A DNA stretch of 64,000 nt from Nitrospiraceae bacterium (GCA_050246315.1 JBFWWG010000011.1:64001-128000); one strand, 5' to 3'; counted from the first letter of the stretch, positions 20,571-30,845 are shown. Numbers and translations are program-made. Notes: generated from the sequence alone by a model not told the origin.

Positions 20571-20668
20571 CGAGCCCGCCCGCCTGGCCGTGTGAAAACC
20601 ACGGCCAGGCTTGTCGTAGCGGCGAATGCACGGTTGCAGTAGAAGCGTTCATGAATAGTGTGGGCTAG
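20571..20668. repeat. MITE/REP-like element, copy B, with internal 11-bp hairpin (20582-20610)
   Basis: Ends CGAGCCCGC..GTGGGCTAG; shares the 36-bp segment with 13465-13500. Confidence 0.6.
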
Positions 20669-20772
20669 TGATCAGGACCGGACGGGCCTGCGAAAGAGGT
20701 GGAAGCGAGAGGGGCGCACGGCTTGCCCTGCTTGTCGGATTTACCCATAATCCCGGAGAGAGGATCGTGGTG

Positions 20773-21153
20773 ATGGCACTGACCGGCCACCAAATCGGCG
20801 TGCTGCGTTCGTACATGCGGGACCTGGTCGATCAGGCGGCCCAGGAAGATGCGGCTACGCGATCGTTCGGCTTTCGCGCCGATCCCTACCGTCCGGATCA
20901 GGCCATTTCCGATTTGCTGGCCATTCTGGACGACCGAATCGAATCCGAAGGGCTGCAAGTCGGGCTCGAGGAGGGGTTCCTCCATCAGATGTGGACCCTG
21001 TGCAACGAGGCGCAGCCATTTCTCAGGGAGCAAGTCTGGTTGCAGGCGAATCTCGACCAGGCCGGCTCCGTGGGGGCGAGCGAGTCCGACGTTTCCCGAG
21101 CACGAGTCAGGGAATTGACCTATCATGCGCTCCTGGTGTTCCTGCAACGGTGA
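20773..21153 (+). CDS. Hypothetical protein
   Basis: Protein-like ORF with GAGAGGA upstream; start inferred. Confidence 0.6.
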   Translation: MALTGHQIGVLRSYMRDLVDQAAQEDAATRSFGFRADPYRPDQAISDLLAILDDRIESEGLQVGLEEGFLHQMWTLCNEAQPFLREQVWLQANLDQAGSVGASESDVSRARVRELTYHALLVFLQR

Positions 21154-21343
21154 TGATGGGGTTCCGTACGGGTAGGTGGAATCGACCATTCCTGCCATGC
21201 CGGCGTGGGTATACGACCGGTTGGCCGTGCCGGCCTTGATCGGCCCGGGAGGGTCCGGGGCTGTCGCAAGGAACGCTTGGCGATGGAGGATCGGGTAGAT
21301 CCGGCTGCGACTCCCGCGTTATCGCTCATCACCTCCGACCGAG

Positions 21344-22156
21344 TCACACCTTGCCTGCCAGCCAATAGACGGCGTAGCCCATGACTTCGTTGATCAGGAA
21401 CTCGGCGGACGCGAGGCCGCCGAGTTGCGGGATGGCGTCGAAGGGCGTGAGGGTATCCGGCAGATCCTCCGGACGATCCTTCGAGAGGTAGCCGCAGGGA
21501 TAAGCCGTAGTCTGAAGACCCTGTTTTCGGAAGAGCGCGACGGCTCGAGGGATATGACCGGCTGAGGTGACGAGAAGCACCGACCCGGTACCGATGAGGG
21601 CTCGCGCCTCGACGGCATTCTCGTAGGTGGTGCGCGATTTGGTTTCGGCAATGATCGAGTCGCGCGGCACTCCCATGCGGGTCGCCCATTGGGCCATCAC
21701 GATGGATTCAACCGGGCCGCGGCCGAACACTCTGGCGTCTCCGCCGGTGAGGACCAGCTTCGGCGCGAAATTTCGCAGAAAGAGGTCCGCACCGCAGGTC
21801 GTGCGCTCCATGCTGAACTCGCTGAGGGTATCTTCGGGGCGAAGGGTGCCCTTGGCCTTGACCCCTCCGCCGAGCACGACGATGGCGTCGTATCGACGAG
21901 AGGAGGATTCATCGAACGGAGGAGCCAAGGTTTCCCACCAGGCGAGGAGGGAACTCGACACGAGGGGAATGCTGAGCGGCAGCAGAGTGAAACACGCCGT
22001 CAGGCCAAACAGGCGGAGCTTGTTGTGCCGGCGGGACGAGTAGGGTAACAGCAGGATCAATGTCATCCAGCCGAGCGAAAAGGCCAGCCAGGTCACGGGG
22101 TAAAGAAAGAATTTGACCAACTTATAGAATCCGTAGAGCAGCGGGGAGAGCTCCAT
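21344..22156 (-). CDS. YdcF/ElyC (DUF218) family envelope protein
   Basis: AIVVLGGG, LTGG, SRTTYENA, LVTSAGHIPRA, E..G motifs; N-terminal TMs. Confidence 0.88.
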   Translation of the reverse strand: MELSPLLYGFYKLVKFFLYPVTWLAFSLGWMTLILLLPYSSRRHNKLRLFGLTACFTLLPLSIPLVSSSLLAWWETLAPPFDESSSRRYDAIVVLGGGVKAKGTLRPEDTLSEFSMERTTCGADLFLRNFAPKLVLTGGDARVFGRGPVESIVMAQWATRMGVPRDSIIAETKSRTTYENAVEARALIGTGSVLLVTSAGHIPRAVALFRKQGLQTTAYPCGYLSKDRPEDLPDTLTPFDAIPQLGGLASAEFLINEVMGYAVYWLAGKV

Positions 22157-22243
22157 GCAGCAACCTCCTTAATTTGGCGCAGAAGGGCAGCTTAGCGAGT
22201 CTGTGAACGGGCGACAAGAGAAACGCCGAAGAAGGGATGGGCT

Positions 22244-22741
22244 ATGAGCACGACCGGACGGTATTGGCTGATGAAATCGGAGCCCTCGGCCTTTTCGATC
22301 GATGATCTGGGCGCCTCACCAGGGCAACAAACTTGCTGGGACGGTGTGCGCAATTATCAGGCGCGCAACTACATGCGGGCCATGCAGGTCGGGGACCAGA
22401 TTCTGTTTTATCACAGCAACGCGGCTCCACCGGCTGTCGTCGGCATCGCCGAAGTCGTGCGCACGGCCTATCCCGACGACAGCGCCTTCGACAAGAAAGA
22501 CCCTCATTACGATCCGAAGAGCGATCCCTCCAAGCCGGTGTGGGACATGGTGGACATCAAGTTCGTCAAGAAATTTCCACGGGCTCTCGCCCTGGACCTG
22601 CTGAAGAAACAGGTGTCGCTCAAGCGGATGGAATTGCTCAGAAAGGGGTCGAGGCTCTCGGTTCAACCGGTGAGACCGGACGAGTGGAAAGCGATTGTGA
22701 ACCTTGCCGGCAATCGTTCGAGTCGCGGTGCTGGTCAATGA
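22244..22741 (+). CDS. EVE domain protein
   Basis: YWLMKSEP, WDGVRNYQARN, FYHSN, YDPKS, RLSVQPV. Confidence 0.93.
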   Translation: MSTTGRYWLMKSEPSAFSIDDLGASPGQQTCWDGVRNYQARNYMRAMQVGDQILFYHSNAAPPAVVGIAEVVRTAYPDDSAFDKKDPHYDPKSDPSKPVWDMVDIKFVKKFPRALALDLLKKQVSLKRMELLRKGSRLSVQPVRPDEWKAIVNLAGNRSSRGAGQ

Positions 22742-22792
22742 AAGGTTCTGACAGGCAAAGCCGGAGGCAGGGAACCTTGCGGGTGGTTCGGA

Positions 22793-23041
22793 TCAGGTAC
22801 TGGCCTTGCCGTTGTCGAGGTGACGATGTTGCCAATCCAGCCAGGCATGGCCCAATTCATGGGCCAGGATGTAGCGCCGGCGAGTGACGGGCAACCGTTT
22901 CCTGATATAGATCGTCTTCGTATCGCTATCCCAGATCCCGTCGGCGTCCTTGTCGCGGGCATCCATTTCGGTGTCCGTGACTTGCTTGACCAGGATCCGA
23001 TATCCGAACGGCAAGACCACCCGAACCGGGATTCGTAGCAT
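22793..23041 (-). CDS. Small ImmA/IrrE-like HEXXH metallopeptidase domain protein
   Basis: DGIWD...IYI....RRRYILAHELGH; start ATG 23041 inferred. Confidence 0.65.
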   Translation of the reverse strand: MLRIPVRVVLPFGYRILVKQVTDTEMDARDKDADGIWDSDTKTIYIRKRLPVTRRRYILAHELGHAWLDWQHRHLDNGKAST

Positions 23042-23444
23042 GAGGCCAATTCTCCAGATGCCATAGACGTCGTGTGAGTGTCGGAATGAAGGCTGCGTCC
23101 GTTGTCCTATCGAGGTCCTCTTTGAGCAGTCAAAGCCTAACATATTCGACCGGCGGCCAGCCTTAGGCAAAAAAGAACAGCTTATCAATATGTTATCGGT
23201 TTCAGTTGGGGCGAATCCCATAGGTTCCTCTCGGAGCGACAGACTCCCGAGGATCGATCCACGTTCCCGAGTTTTCTGAGGCCGGTGATTCAGCCCCAGC
23301 GATCCTGAGATTCAGCGGCGGGCGCATCGTGGTTCCAGCGATCAAACCGCTCCATAGTCGTACGAGTCGACTGCGGTTGTGAGTGTCGCAGGAGTGGCAC
23401 CTGCGCGTTGAGCGGCAAAGAGTTTTCCTTTTATGCCGGCACGT

Positions 23445-23450
23445 TATAAT
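23445..23450 (+). promoter_or_regulatory. Candidate sigma70 -10 box
   Basis: Perfect TATAAT 23 nt upstream of the ATG at 23474; -35 poor. Confidence 0.35.
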
Positions 23451-23473
23451 GAGGCGAATGGAGAGATGAATCG

Positions 23474-24562
23474 ATGCGCACGGTGTTGGTCATCGGTGCC
23501 GGAAAGATCGGCGGACTAATCGCCTGTTTGCTCGCGAAGAGCGGGGACTATGCCGTGCATCTGGCTGACCTCGATATCGAAGTCCCCCTCCGGCTCGGCA
23601 AGGATCTGGATCTTCTCAATTTCACTCCCTGTCACCTCGATGTGAACGACCGAGCCGCTCTGCTCCACTATCTCACCCGGCATACTCCGGTCGCCGTGAT
23701 CTCCAGCCTCCCCTATTACTGCAACCTGGCGGTCGCACGAGCGGCTCAGGAAGCTGGCATCCATTATTTCGACCTCACCGAGGATGTCGGTGTCACCGAC
23801 CAGATCAAGATCCTGAGCCGGGACGCGGCCACAGCTTTTGTGCCCCAGTGCGGACTGGCTCCGGGGTTCATCAGCATCGTGGCCCATGAGTTGATGACGC
23901 ATTTTGAGTCATTGGAGACGGTCAAGATGCGGGTCGGCGCCCTGCCGGTTCATCCAAGCAATGCCTTGAAGTACTCGCTCACCTGGTCCACCGACGGCCT
24001 CATCAACGAGTACGGCAACATTTGCTATGGCATCGAAGAGGGGGAGAAGATCCCCTTGCAGCCGCTGGAAGGGTACGAAACGATCGAGGTGGACGGCCTG
24101 CTCTACGAGGCCTTCAACACATCCGGAGGATTGGGTACGTTGGCCGATACCTATGTGGGCAAGGTCCGGACTCTCAACTACAAGACCCTCCGCTATCCCG
24201 GCCACTGCGAGAAGATCCATCTCCTGATGAAGGACCTCAAATTGAACGAGGACCGTGAGACCTTGAAACGGATTCTGGAGCGAGCCGTTCCCCGCACCCT
24301 GCAGGACGTGGTGCTGATTTATGTGGCGGTCACCGGCCAGCAACAGGGAGGCCTGTTCGAAGAAACCTATGTGAAGAAGGTCTATCCCCAGACGATAGCC
24401 GGACGACTTTGGTCGGCCATTCAGGTGACAACCGCCTCGGCGCTCTGCGCGGTGGTGGACCTCGTGCTGCAACAGCCGGAGGCCTACAGAGGATTTATCA
24501 CCGAAGAATCCTTTCCACTCCAGGGTTTTTTAGAGAACCGGTTCGGGCTCTATTATCGATAG
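23474..24562 (+). CDS. Saccharopine dehydrogenase / lysine 6-dehydrogenase family protein
   Basis: GAGKIG Rossmann motif, YFDLTED, CGLAPG, TWSTDGLINEY, EAFNTSGG, YKTLRYPGH. Confidence 0.88.
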   Translation: MRTVLVIGAGKIGGLIACLLAKSGDYAVHLADLDIEVPLRLGKDLDLLNFTPCHLDVNDRAALLHYLTRHTPVAVISSLPYYCNLAVARAAQEAGIHYFDLTEDVGVTDQIKILSRDAATAFVPQCGLAPGFISIVAHELMTHFESLETVKMRVGALPVHPSNALKYSLTWSTDGLINEYGNICYGIEEGEKIPLQPLEGYETIEVDGLLYEAFNTSGGLGTLADTYVGKVRTLNYKTLRYPGHCEKIHLLMKDLKLNEDRETLKRILERAVPRTLQDVVLIYVAVTGQQQGGLFEETYVKKVYPQTIAGRLWSAIQVTTASALCAVVDLVLQQPEAYRGFITEESFPLQGFLENRFGLYYR

Positions 24563-24604
24563 GTGTCGAGGGCACTCCGAGGAATCGGGGTACAACGGTA
24601 AACG

Positions 24605-26140
24605 ATGATGGTCGATACCGCGCACATTCTAAGCGAATTGGGCCTACCGCCGGTGAATCCGGGAGCCACGATCGGAGCCTGGTCGTCGGCACTGGATCAG
24701 GCTCACACGTTCGAGTCGGCGAATCCCGCGACAGGCCGGGGGCTCGCCAAAGTCTCGCGCGCCTCGGTCCGAGATTATGAGCAGGTCGTCGCCGCGGCTC
24801 AGCAGGCCTTCCTCACGTGGCGATTGGTGTCCGCGCCCAGACGAGGTGAGGTCATCCGCTTGATCGGCCAGGCATTGCGGGAGAAAAAGGATCTGTTGGG
24901 GACGCTGGTCTCGCTGGAGGTCGGCAAGATCAAAGCCGAGGGGGACGGGGAAGTCCAGGAGATGATCGATATGGCCGATTTCGCGGTCGGCCAATCTCGG
25001 ATGCTCTATGGGCTGACCATGCAGTCCGAGCGGCCGGCCCACCGCATGTACGAGCAGTGGCACCCGCTTGGAGCGGTCGGGGTGATCACCGCGTTCAACT
25101 TTCCCGTGGCGGTTTGGGCGTGGAACGCCTTTATCGCGGCGGTGGCGGGCGACACGGTTGTCTGGAAACCATCACCCAAAGCCCCGTTGTGCGCGCTCGC
25201 GGTCCAGCAGATTTGCCGGGCTGTGTTGGAGGAACAGGGTCATCCCGATGTCTTCGGCCTGGTGATCTCGGATGACGTGAGACTGGCGGAGGCAATGGTC
25301 GAGGACCCGCGGCTGCCGTTGATCTCCTTCACCGGCTCGGTCCCGGTCGGGCGTCGAGTGGCCGAACTGGTTGGGAAGCGACTGGGCCGCACGCTGCTGG
25401 AACTCAGCGGCAACAACGCGATCATCGTGGATGAACAGGCGGACCTCGAACTTGCCACCCGGGCGATCGTCTTCGGCGCGGTCGGCACGGCAGGTCAGCG
25501 CTGCACAACCACGCGCCGTCTGATCGTGCACGAGTCCGTGCGAGATGCGCTCGTGAGCCGATTGCTCGCCGGCTATAAGCAAGTGAGGATCGGCGATCCG
25601 CTGGAGCCGGGGGTTCTCATGGGGCCGCTGATCGATCGGGCCGCCGTGGAACGGTACCGAGAGACCTTGGAAGAGGTCCGGCGCGAAGGCGGAGAGGTCC
25701 TTATCGGCGGAGCGGTGCTGGACCGGTCCGGATTCTATGTCGAGCCGACGATCGTTTCGGCCCGCAACCGGTGGAAGGCGGTCCAGCGGGAAACCTTCGC
25801 GCCGATCCTCTACCTCATGACCTATAAGACAATGGATGAAGCGATCGCCATGCACAACGACGTGCCGCAGGGCCTCTCCTCGGCCATTTTCACCGACAGC
25901 GTTCGGAAAGCCGAGCGATTTTTGTCCGCGGCCGGGAGCGATTGCGGCATTGCCAACGTGAACATCGGCACGTCCGGAGCGGAGATCGGCGGCGCCTTCG
26001 GTGGGGAGAAGGAGACGGGCGGAGGGCGTGAGGCCGGCTCGGATTCCTGGAAGGCCTACATGCGACGGCAGACGAATACGATCAATTGGAGCACCGACTT
26101 GCCGCTAGCGCAGGGGATCCGCTTTGGGGAATTGTCTTGA
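24605..26140 (+). CDS. ALDH7-type aldehyde dehydrogenase (alpha-aminoadipate semialdehyde / P6C dehydrogenase)
   Basis: [51 protein letters not shown]-like [15 protein letters not shown]. Confidence 0.9.
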   Translation: MMVDTAHILSELGLPPVNPGATIGAWSSALDQAHTFESANPATGRGLAKVSRASVRDYEQVVAAAQQAFLTWRLVSAPRRGEVIRLIGQALREKKDLLGTLVSLEVGKIKAEGDGEVQEMIDMADFAVGQSRMLYGLTMQSERPAHRMYEQWHPLGAVGVITAFNFPVAVWAWNAFIAAVAGDTVVWKPSPKAPLCALAVQQICRAVLEEQGHPDVFGLVISDDVRLAEAMVEDPRLPLISFTGSVPVGRRVAELVGKRLGRTLLELSGNNAIIVDEQADLELATRAIVFGAVGTAGQRCTTTRRLIVHESVRDALVSRLLAGYKQVRIGDPLEPGVLMGPLIDRAAVERYRETLEEVRREGGEVLIGGAVLDRSGFYVEPTIVSARNRWKAVQRETFAPILYLMTYKTMDEAIAMHNDVPQGLSSAIFTDSVRKAERFLSAAGSDCGIANVNIGTSGAEIGGAFGGEKETGGGREAGSDSWKAYMRRQTNTINWSTDLPLAQGIRFGELS

Positions 26141-26162
26141 GACCAGCGGAAGGAGCGGGATC

Positions 26163-26762
26163 ATGGTGAAGGGACAACAATTGGACGCGTTGATTGATCC
26201 GATGGTCGCGCAGTATGTCGCGCAAAATCGAGCGGCACAGGCGATCAAGGCGGATCTGGACAGCATCGCCGTGGGGCTCCGGCCGGTGATCGACCATTTG
26301 ACCATCCGAACGGAGGACATCGACCGGCGCGCGCGGGAGTTTGTCGATCTCGGCTATGAGTATGATGAAACCATCGAATACAGCGACTGGTATGCGAAGG
26401 TGTACCGGGCGCCCGGTTATCCCGCACTCTTCGTCGATCAGGCTTATCCCGACGAGCGTGGGGCGACGAGCGTGATCCCACGGTGGGTGACTAAGTTCGG
26501 GGACCGAGTCTTTCACCATGTCGCGGTGCGGGTGGAAGATATCGAACAGTCGATCGCTCGGTTGAAGACCAAAGGCGTGCGGTTTGCCGGGGAGATCGTC
26601 GGCTCCTCCGGTAGTGCGCTTCGGCAAATTTTCACGGTTCCGGAAGCGGTTGAAGGGGAGCCTTTTTCCGTTCTGGAGCTGACCGAGCGCCATGCCGGCT
26701 ATCAGGGATTTTCACCGCCTCAAGCCGACGGCTTGATGCGCTCGACCGTCCTGCCACGATAG
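26163..26762 (+). CDS. VOC-superfamily metalloenzyme (DUF1338/HglS- or HPPD-C-like)
   Basis: DHLTIR, HHVAVRVEDIE, LRQIFT, ELTER..YQGF His/His/Glu pattern. Confidence 0.65.
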   Translation: MVKGQQLDALIDPMVAQYVAQNRAAQAIKADLDSIAVGLRPVIDHLTIRTEDIDRRAREFVDLGYEYDETIEYSDWYAKVYRAPGYPALFVDQAYPDERGATSVIPRWVTKFGDRVFHHVAVRVEDIEQSIARLKTKGVRFAGEIVGSSGSALRQIFTVPEAVEGEPFSVLELTERHAGYQGFSPPQADGLMRSTVLPR

Positions 26763-26780
26763 CGTAACGTCCCAGAGGTT

Positions 26781-26855
26781 CGTTCGTGGTGAGCCTGTCG
26801 AACCATGAACAGGACTCCTTGCAATCGAGGCCCTTCGACATGCTCAGGCCGAACG
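26781..26855. repeat. REP-like imperfect inverted repeat
   Basis: CGTTCGTGGTGAGCCTGTCGAA ... TTCGACATGCTCAGGCCGAACG (18/22 complementary) between convergent genes. Confidence 0.6.
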
Positions 26856-26916
26856 GATTATCACCGGAACATAGGGGACACAATACGAGTCCACATTCCT
26901 ATTCCGCACACCGCGG

Positions 26917-27837
26917 TCAGCTTGCCGGCCCGGCACCCGGAGCGTTTGGATTTGTCGGCTTCGCTTCCTTGGGCTGGATCGGAGAGGCATAGGACGTGTA
27001 CATCTTGGATAGGATCGCCTGGCCTTCGGCCGACTGCGCGAAGGCCGTGAATGAATCCACCAAGAGGGGCGCGTCATTTCTTGAAAGGAACAGGACCGGC
27101 CGTCGCAGTTTGTACCGCCCTTCCTTCACCGTCGGCTCTCCCGGCTCGATCTTGTCGATCGTCAGGATCCTGATCGGAATTCCCAGCCCCTGCGCGTCCA
27201 GCGCCGCCTTCAGCGAGAGATAGCTCACCGCATTGTCCTTGCCCGAGACGCTGGCGAGCGTTTTCTGATCGGATCGGACCGATTTGGAGGACTCCGGAAG
27301 TTTCCCGACAATCCCCAGCGATTCCTCAAATCCACTGTCGATATTCTGGTCGGGCGTCCGGCGAATCAACTCCACCCGCGCGTCGGACCCCTCGAACGAG
27401 GACCAGCGCTGAATGGCTCCCGTGAAGAGGGAGCGCACCTGCTCGCTCGTGACCTCGGACAACGGATTCGTGAAATTGACGATGACGGCGATGCCGTCCC
27501 AGGCGACCTGCGCCGCGCGCAACTCTGGATCGCGATGGCCTGTGATGACAAGATCGGCCTCCCCGTTCTTGACCATCGCGATCGTGTCCAGCACCCGGTC
27601 CCATTCAAGGTCGATGACCGTTCCGGGATGCCGGTGCTCATAGGCGCGCGCGAGTTCTTGAATGACAGGTTGCTCCGGACCCTGCCCCACGACAAGAATG
27701 CGGTGTGACTCAGCCGCCAGGCTGATCATGTCCCTACCCGGGAACGGAAAAGCGGACAGGATTCCCAGTACGATCGGTAACCATAGTCCAGGCTTCGCAT
27801 CGATCCTGGAGATAAATCTTAATCGTTGTGTTGCCAT
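26917..27837 (-). CDS. PstS-like (PBP superfamily) substrate-binding protein
   Basis: AWDGIAVIVN..NP, LFTGAI..W, YKLRRPVLF, F..S.EGQ.I; GAGGAGG RBS. Confidence 0.8.
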   Translation of the reverse strand: MATQRLRFISRIDAKPGLWLPIVLGILSAFPFPGRDMISLAAESHRILVVGQGPEQPVIQELARAYEHRHPGTVIDLEWDRVLDTIAMVKNGEADLVITGHRDPELRAAQVAWDGIAVIVNFTNPLSEVTSEQVRSLFTGAIQRWSSFEGSDARVELIRRTPDQNIDSGFEESLGIVGKLPESSKSVRSDQKTLASVSGKDNAVSYLSLKAALDAQGLGIPIRILTIDKIEPGEPTVKEGRYKLRRPVLFLSRNDAPLLVDSFTAFAQSAEGQAILSKMYTSYASPIQPKEAKPTNPNAPGAGPAS

Positions 27838-28261
27838 GGTTGGTTGTTTCCTCCTCGCGGTCGTCTCGGCAGCAGGCATCCCGCTTGCCAATGCCCTGAT
27901 AGGTGAGCGGCATCTCCTTTATTCATTCTATCCTTAAATTGAGAGAGAGTGGATTCAGGCGGAGACCTATTCCAACCGGCGGTAAGGCTGGACACTTTAG
28001 CGGCTGACTCAATCACCAGATCCGCGGCTCTCGTAGCGGCTCTCGTACGAGTTCTAGAACCTCCGTTGAAGATGCGGCGATGAGAGAGGGTCGGATTGCG
28101 AGGATCAGCCCCGTTTTGCAACAGACTGTTGCATCGTGCAACAGCGGCACCGTGCTCATCGGATTCGTAACCGCTGAAAATATCGGGAGGCACTGTCGTT
28201 GCACTTAATCAATGGTTTGGTCTGGACTGGCGCGTGCCCCCGCATGGGGAGGAGGTGCTGT

Positions 28262-29611
28262 ATGACAGTCGAATCTTGTCGTAAGGATGGCAGGCTCCGC
28301 GACGCTGCTCCCTACAAGCCCGAGGCGAATGAGCTCAGTTCCCGATCTCTGCTGGTCTTAGAGGACCTGATCGGCAGATATCGTCCGAGGGATTTCGCTG
28401 TGCGCTGTTGGGATGGACGGATCTGGGAACAGGAAGCCGGGCAGCCCCGACGTTTCACTCTCGTGCTGAAACATCCGGGCGCGCTCCGAGCCCTCTGCCT
28501 CCGCCCCAGTCAGTTGGCGGTGGGTGAAGCGTTTGTCAATGACGACATCGATGTGGAGGGTGACATGGAGGCCGCGACGATGCTGGGCTGGTTCCTGGCC
28601 TGCCGACGCTGGAGGCTTAGAGATCTGGCGCGGGACGGGTGGTGGTTGTGGCGGCTTCCGACAAGCAGATCGACGCGCGGTAGAAGAGTTCCCGTCGCCT
28701 TATGTGGCACGCAGCATTCGATCGGACGGGACACGAAGGCGGTCACGTACCATTACGATACATCCAACGAGTTTTATCGGTTGTGGCTGGATCGCCGTAT
28801 GGTCTACTCCTGCGCCTACTTCATGCGGTCGGACGACGATTTGGATGCGGCGCAAGAGCGAAAACTCGACTATGTTTGCCGAAAGCTCCGCCTCCAGCCG
28901 GGGGAACGACTGCTGGACATCGGATGCGGGTGGGGAGGGCTGGTCCTGCATGCAGCCCGACGGTACGGGGTCGAAGCGTCCGGCATCACCTTGAGCGAGC
29001 GGCAAGCGGAGGTTGCCCGGGGGCGCATCAAAGAACAGGGATTGGCGCATCGCTGTCGTGTTGAGGTGCGTGACTATCGAGACCTCCCGGATGACCAGCC
29101 ATTCGATAAAGCGGTCAGTATCGGAATGGTCGAACATGTCGGCGCGAGAAAACTCTCAGCGTATTTCGCGTCGGTCTGGCGGGTGCTGCATGCCGGTGGC
29201 GTGTTTCTGAACCACGGGATTGGATGTCGAGAGGGCGACGTCGGGGCCATGGGAGCGTTCATGGAACGCTATGTCTTTCCGGACAGCCAGCTTGTCCCTC
29301 TGCATGTCACGGTCCGCGAAGCGGAACGGACTGGCTTTCATGTCCGGGATGTGGAAAGTCTCCGCGAGCACTATGCTCTGACCCTCCGGCATTGGGTGCG
29401 GCGACTGGAAGCGGCCCATGACCGGATCGTCACCTTGGTTGGCGAGGGGACCTATCGGGTCTGGCGGCTCTACATGGCGGCCTGCGCCCAGGGATTCCAA
29501 GCTGGGTGGTACGATGTCTACCAAACCCTTCTGTCCAAACCTCGGGGAGGTCAGAGCGATCTGCCATTGACCAGAACCGACTGGTATCAAGCCGAGCAGG
29601 CAGGAGCGTAG
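28262..29611 (+). CDS. cfa: Cyclopropane-fatty-acyl-phospholipid synthase family methyltransferase
   Basis: HYD.SNEFY, MVYSCAYF, LLDIGCGWG, SIGMVEHVG, YVFP, HYALTL..W. Confidence 0.9.
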   Translation: MTVESCRKDGRLRDAAPYKPEANELSSRSLLVLEDLIGRYRPRDFAVRCWDGRIWEQEAGQPRRFTLVLKHPGALRALCLRPSQLAVGEAFVNDDIDVEGDMEAATMLGWFLACRRWRLRDLARDGWWLWRLPTSRSTRGRRVPVALCGTQHSIGRDTKAVTYHYDTSNEFYRLWLDRRMVYSCAYFMRSDDDLDAAQERKLDYVCRKLRLQPGERLLDIGCGWGGLVLHAARRYGVEASGITLSERQAEVARGRIKEQGLAHRCRVEVRDYRDLPDDQPFDKAVSIGMVEHVGARKLSAYFASVWRVLHAGGVFLNHGIGCREGDVGAMGAFMERYVFPDSQLVPLHVTVREAERTGFHVRDVESLREHYALTLRHWVRRLEAAHDRIVTLVGEGTYRVWRLYMAACAQGFQAGWYDVYQTLLSKPRGGQSDLPLTRTDWYQAEQAGA

Positions 29612-29756
29612 ACAGCAACCAGTTGCACCATCCGTCAGCTTCTTGACCCCTGGCAGGCGAACGCCTATAAGCATGGACTGTGACCCATGACGAACGGGTC
29701 ACAGTCCAGTGTGCCGTGCCGGGACCGTCGTCGGACAAGAGAAGGGGGGTGTATCA

Positions 29757-30845
29757 ATGAGCACAGGTCGTCGCAATCGTGCGGGCAATCTCGTCCCAGT
29801 GCTGGCCGTCGCCGTTGGCGTTGGAATAGCCGCGCTGGTCGGCGTGGCCGCAGTGGCACATGAGTTGGGGGAGGGAGGCTGGCCGCTCGTGACTCTCGAC
29901 AGCATCACCGTGCCGGATATCGGTCCCTTGCCGAATGCTGCGCCGATCCCGGGCGGCAATCTCAACTATAAAGGCAAGGTCGAACTGGGCCGGCAACTCT
30001 ATTTCGACGGCCGCTTGTCCAAGAACGGCGCGATCCCCTGTGCCTTCTGTCATATTCCCGGTGTGGGATTCGCCGATCCTCGCCAAACTTCGATCGGCAT
30101 CGACGGCAAGATCGGCGGGCGGCAGGCTCCCACCGTTCTCAATACCGGCTTCAATCCGGTTCAGTTCTGGGACGGCCGGGCCGGTTCGCTTGAGGAGCAG
30201 GCCATCGGTCCCATCCACAATCCGGTCGAAATGGGGGAGACCCATGAGAACGTCGTGGCGAAGCTGAACAAGATCCAAGGGTATCGCAACCAGTTCCGGG
30301 CGGTCTTCGGCACCGATGTCAGTTTGCAGGGGATTGCGGACGCGATTGCGGCGTTTGAGCGGACGATCATCTCCACGAATTCGGCTTTCGATAAATATGT
30401 GAAGGGCGACCGGAGCGCGTTGAACGAGGCCGCGGTTCGGGGCATGGGCCTTTTCAAAGGCAAGGCGCGCTGCATCCTCTGTCATAACGGGCCGAACTTC
30501 ACCGACAACCAGTTTCACAATCTGGGCGTACCGCAAGTCGGGCCGCTCAAGGAAGACCTTGGCCGTTACGACGTCACGGGGCTCGACAGTGATAAGCGGG
30601 CATTCAAGACGCCCACGTTGCGCAGCATCACGGAGACGGCGCCCTACATGCACGACGGCGCCTTCAAGACGTTGGAAGAGGTGCTGGATTTTCTCGACAA
30701 GGGAGGAGGGGCCGATCCCAACCTCGATCCTGACATCAAGCCGTTGGGGCTTTCGCCGGAAGAGAAAGGCGACCTGCTCGCATTCTTGCTGGCATTGACC
30801 GGCGCGCCTATCAAGATGGATCTGCCGAAGCTGCCGAAAATGTAG
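29757..30845 (+). CDS. Di-heme cytochrome c peroxidase (CCP/MauG family)
   Basis: Two CxxCH (CAFCH, CILCH), QFWDGRA..LEEQA, FKTPTLR, APYMHDG. Confidence 0.92.
   Translation: MSTGRRNRAGNLVPVLAVAVGVGIAALVGVAAVAHELGEGGWPLVTLDSITVPDIGPLPNAAPIPGGNLNYKGKVELGRQLYFDGRLSKNGAIPCAFCHIPGVGFADPRQTSIGIDGKIGGRQAPTVLNTGFNPVQFWDGRAGSLEEQAIGPIHNPVEMGETHENVVAKLNKIQGYRNQFRAVFGTDVSLQGIADAIAAFERTIISTNSAFDKYVKGDRSALNEAAVRGMGLFKGKARCILCHNGPNFTDNQFHNLGVPQVGPLKEDLGRYDVTGLDSDKRAFKTPTLRSITETAPYMHDGAFKTLEEVLDFLDKGGGADPNLDPDIKPLGLSPEEKGDLLAFLLALTGAPIKMDLPKLPKM

Noticed and set aside
28024..28047. Tandem 12-mer GCGGCTCTCGTA x2
   Set aside because: Only two units with no supporting context
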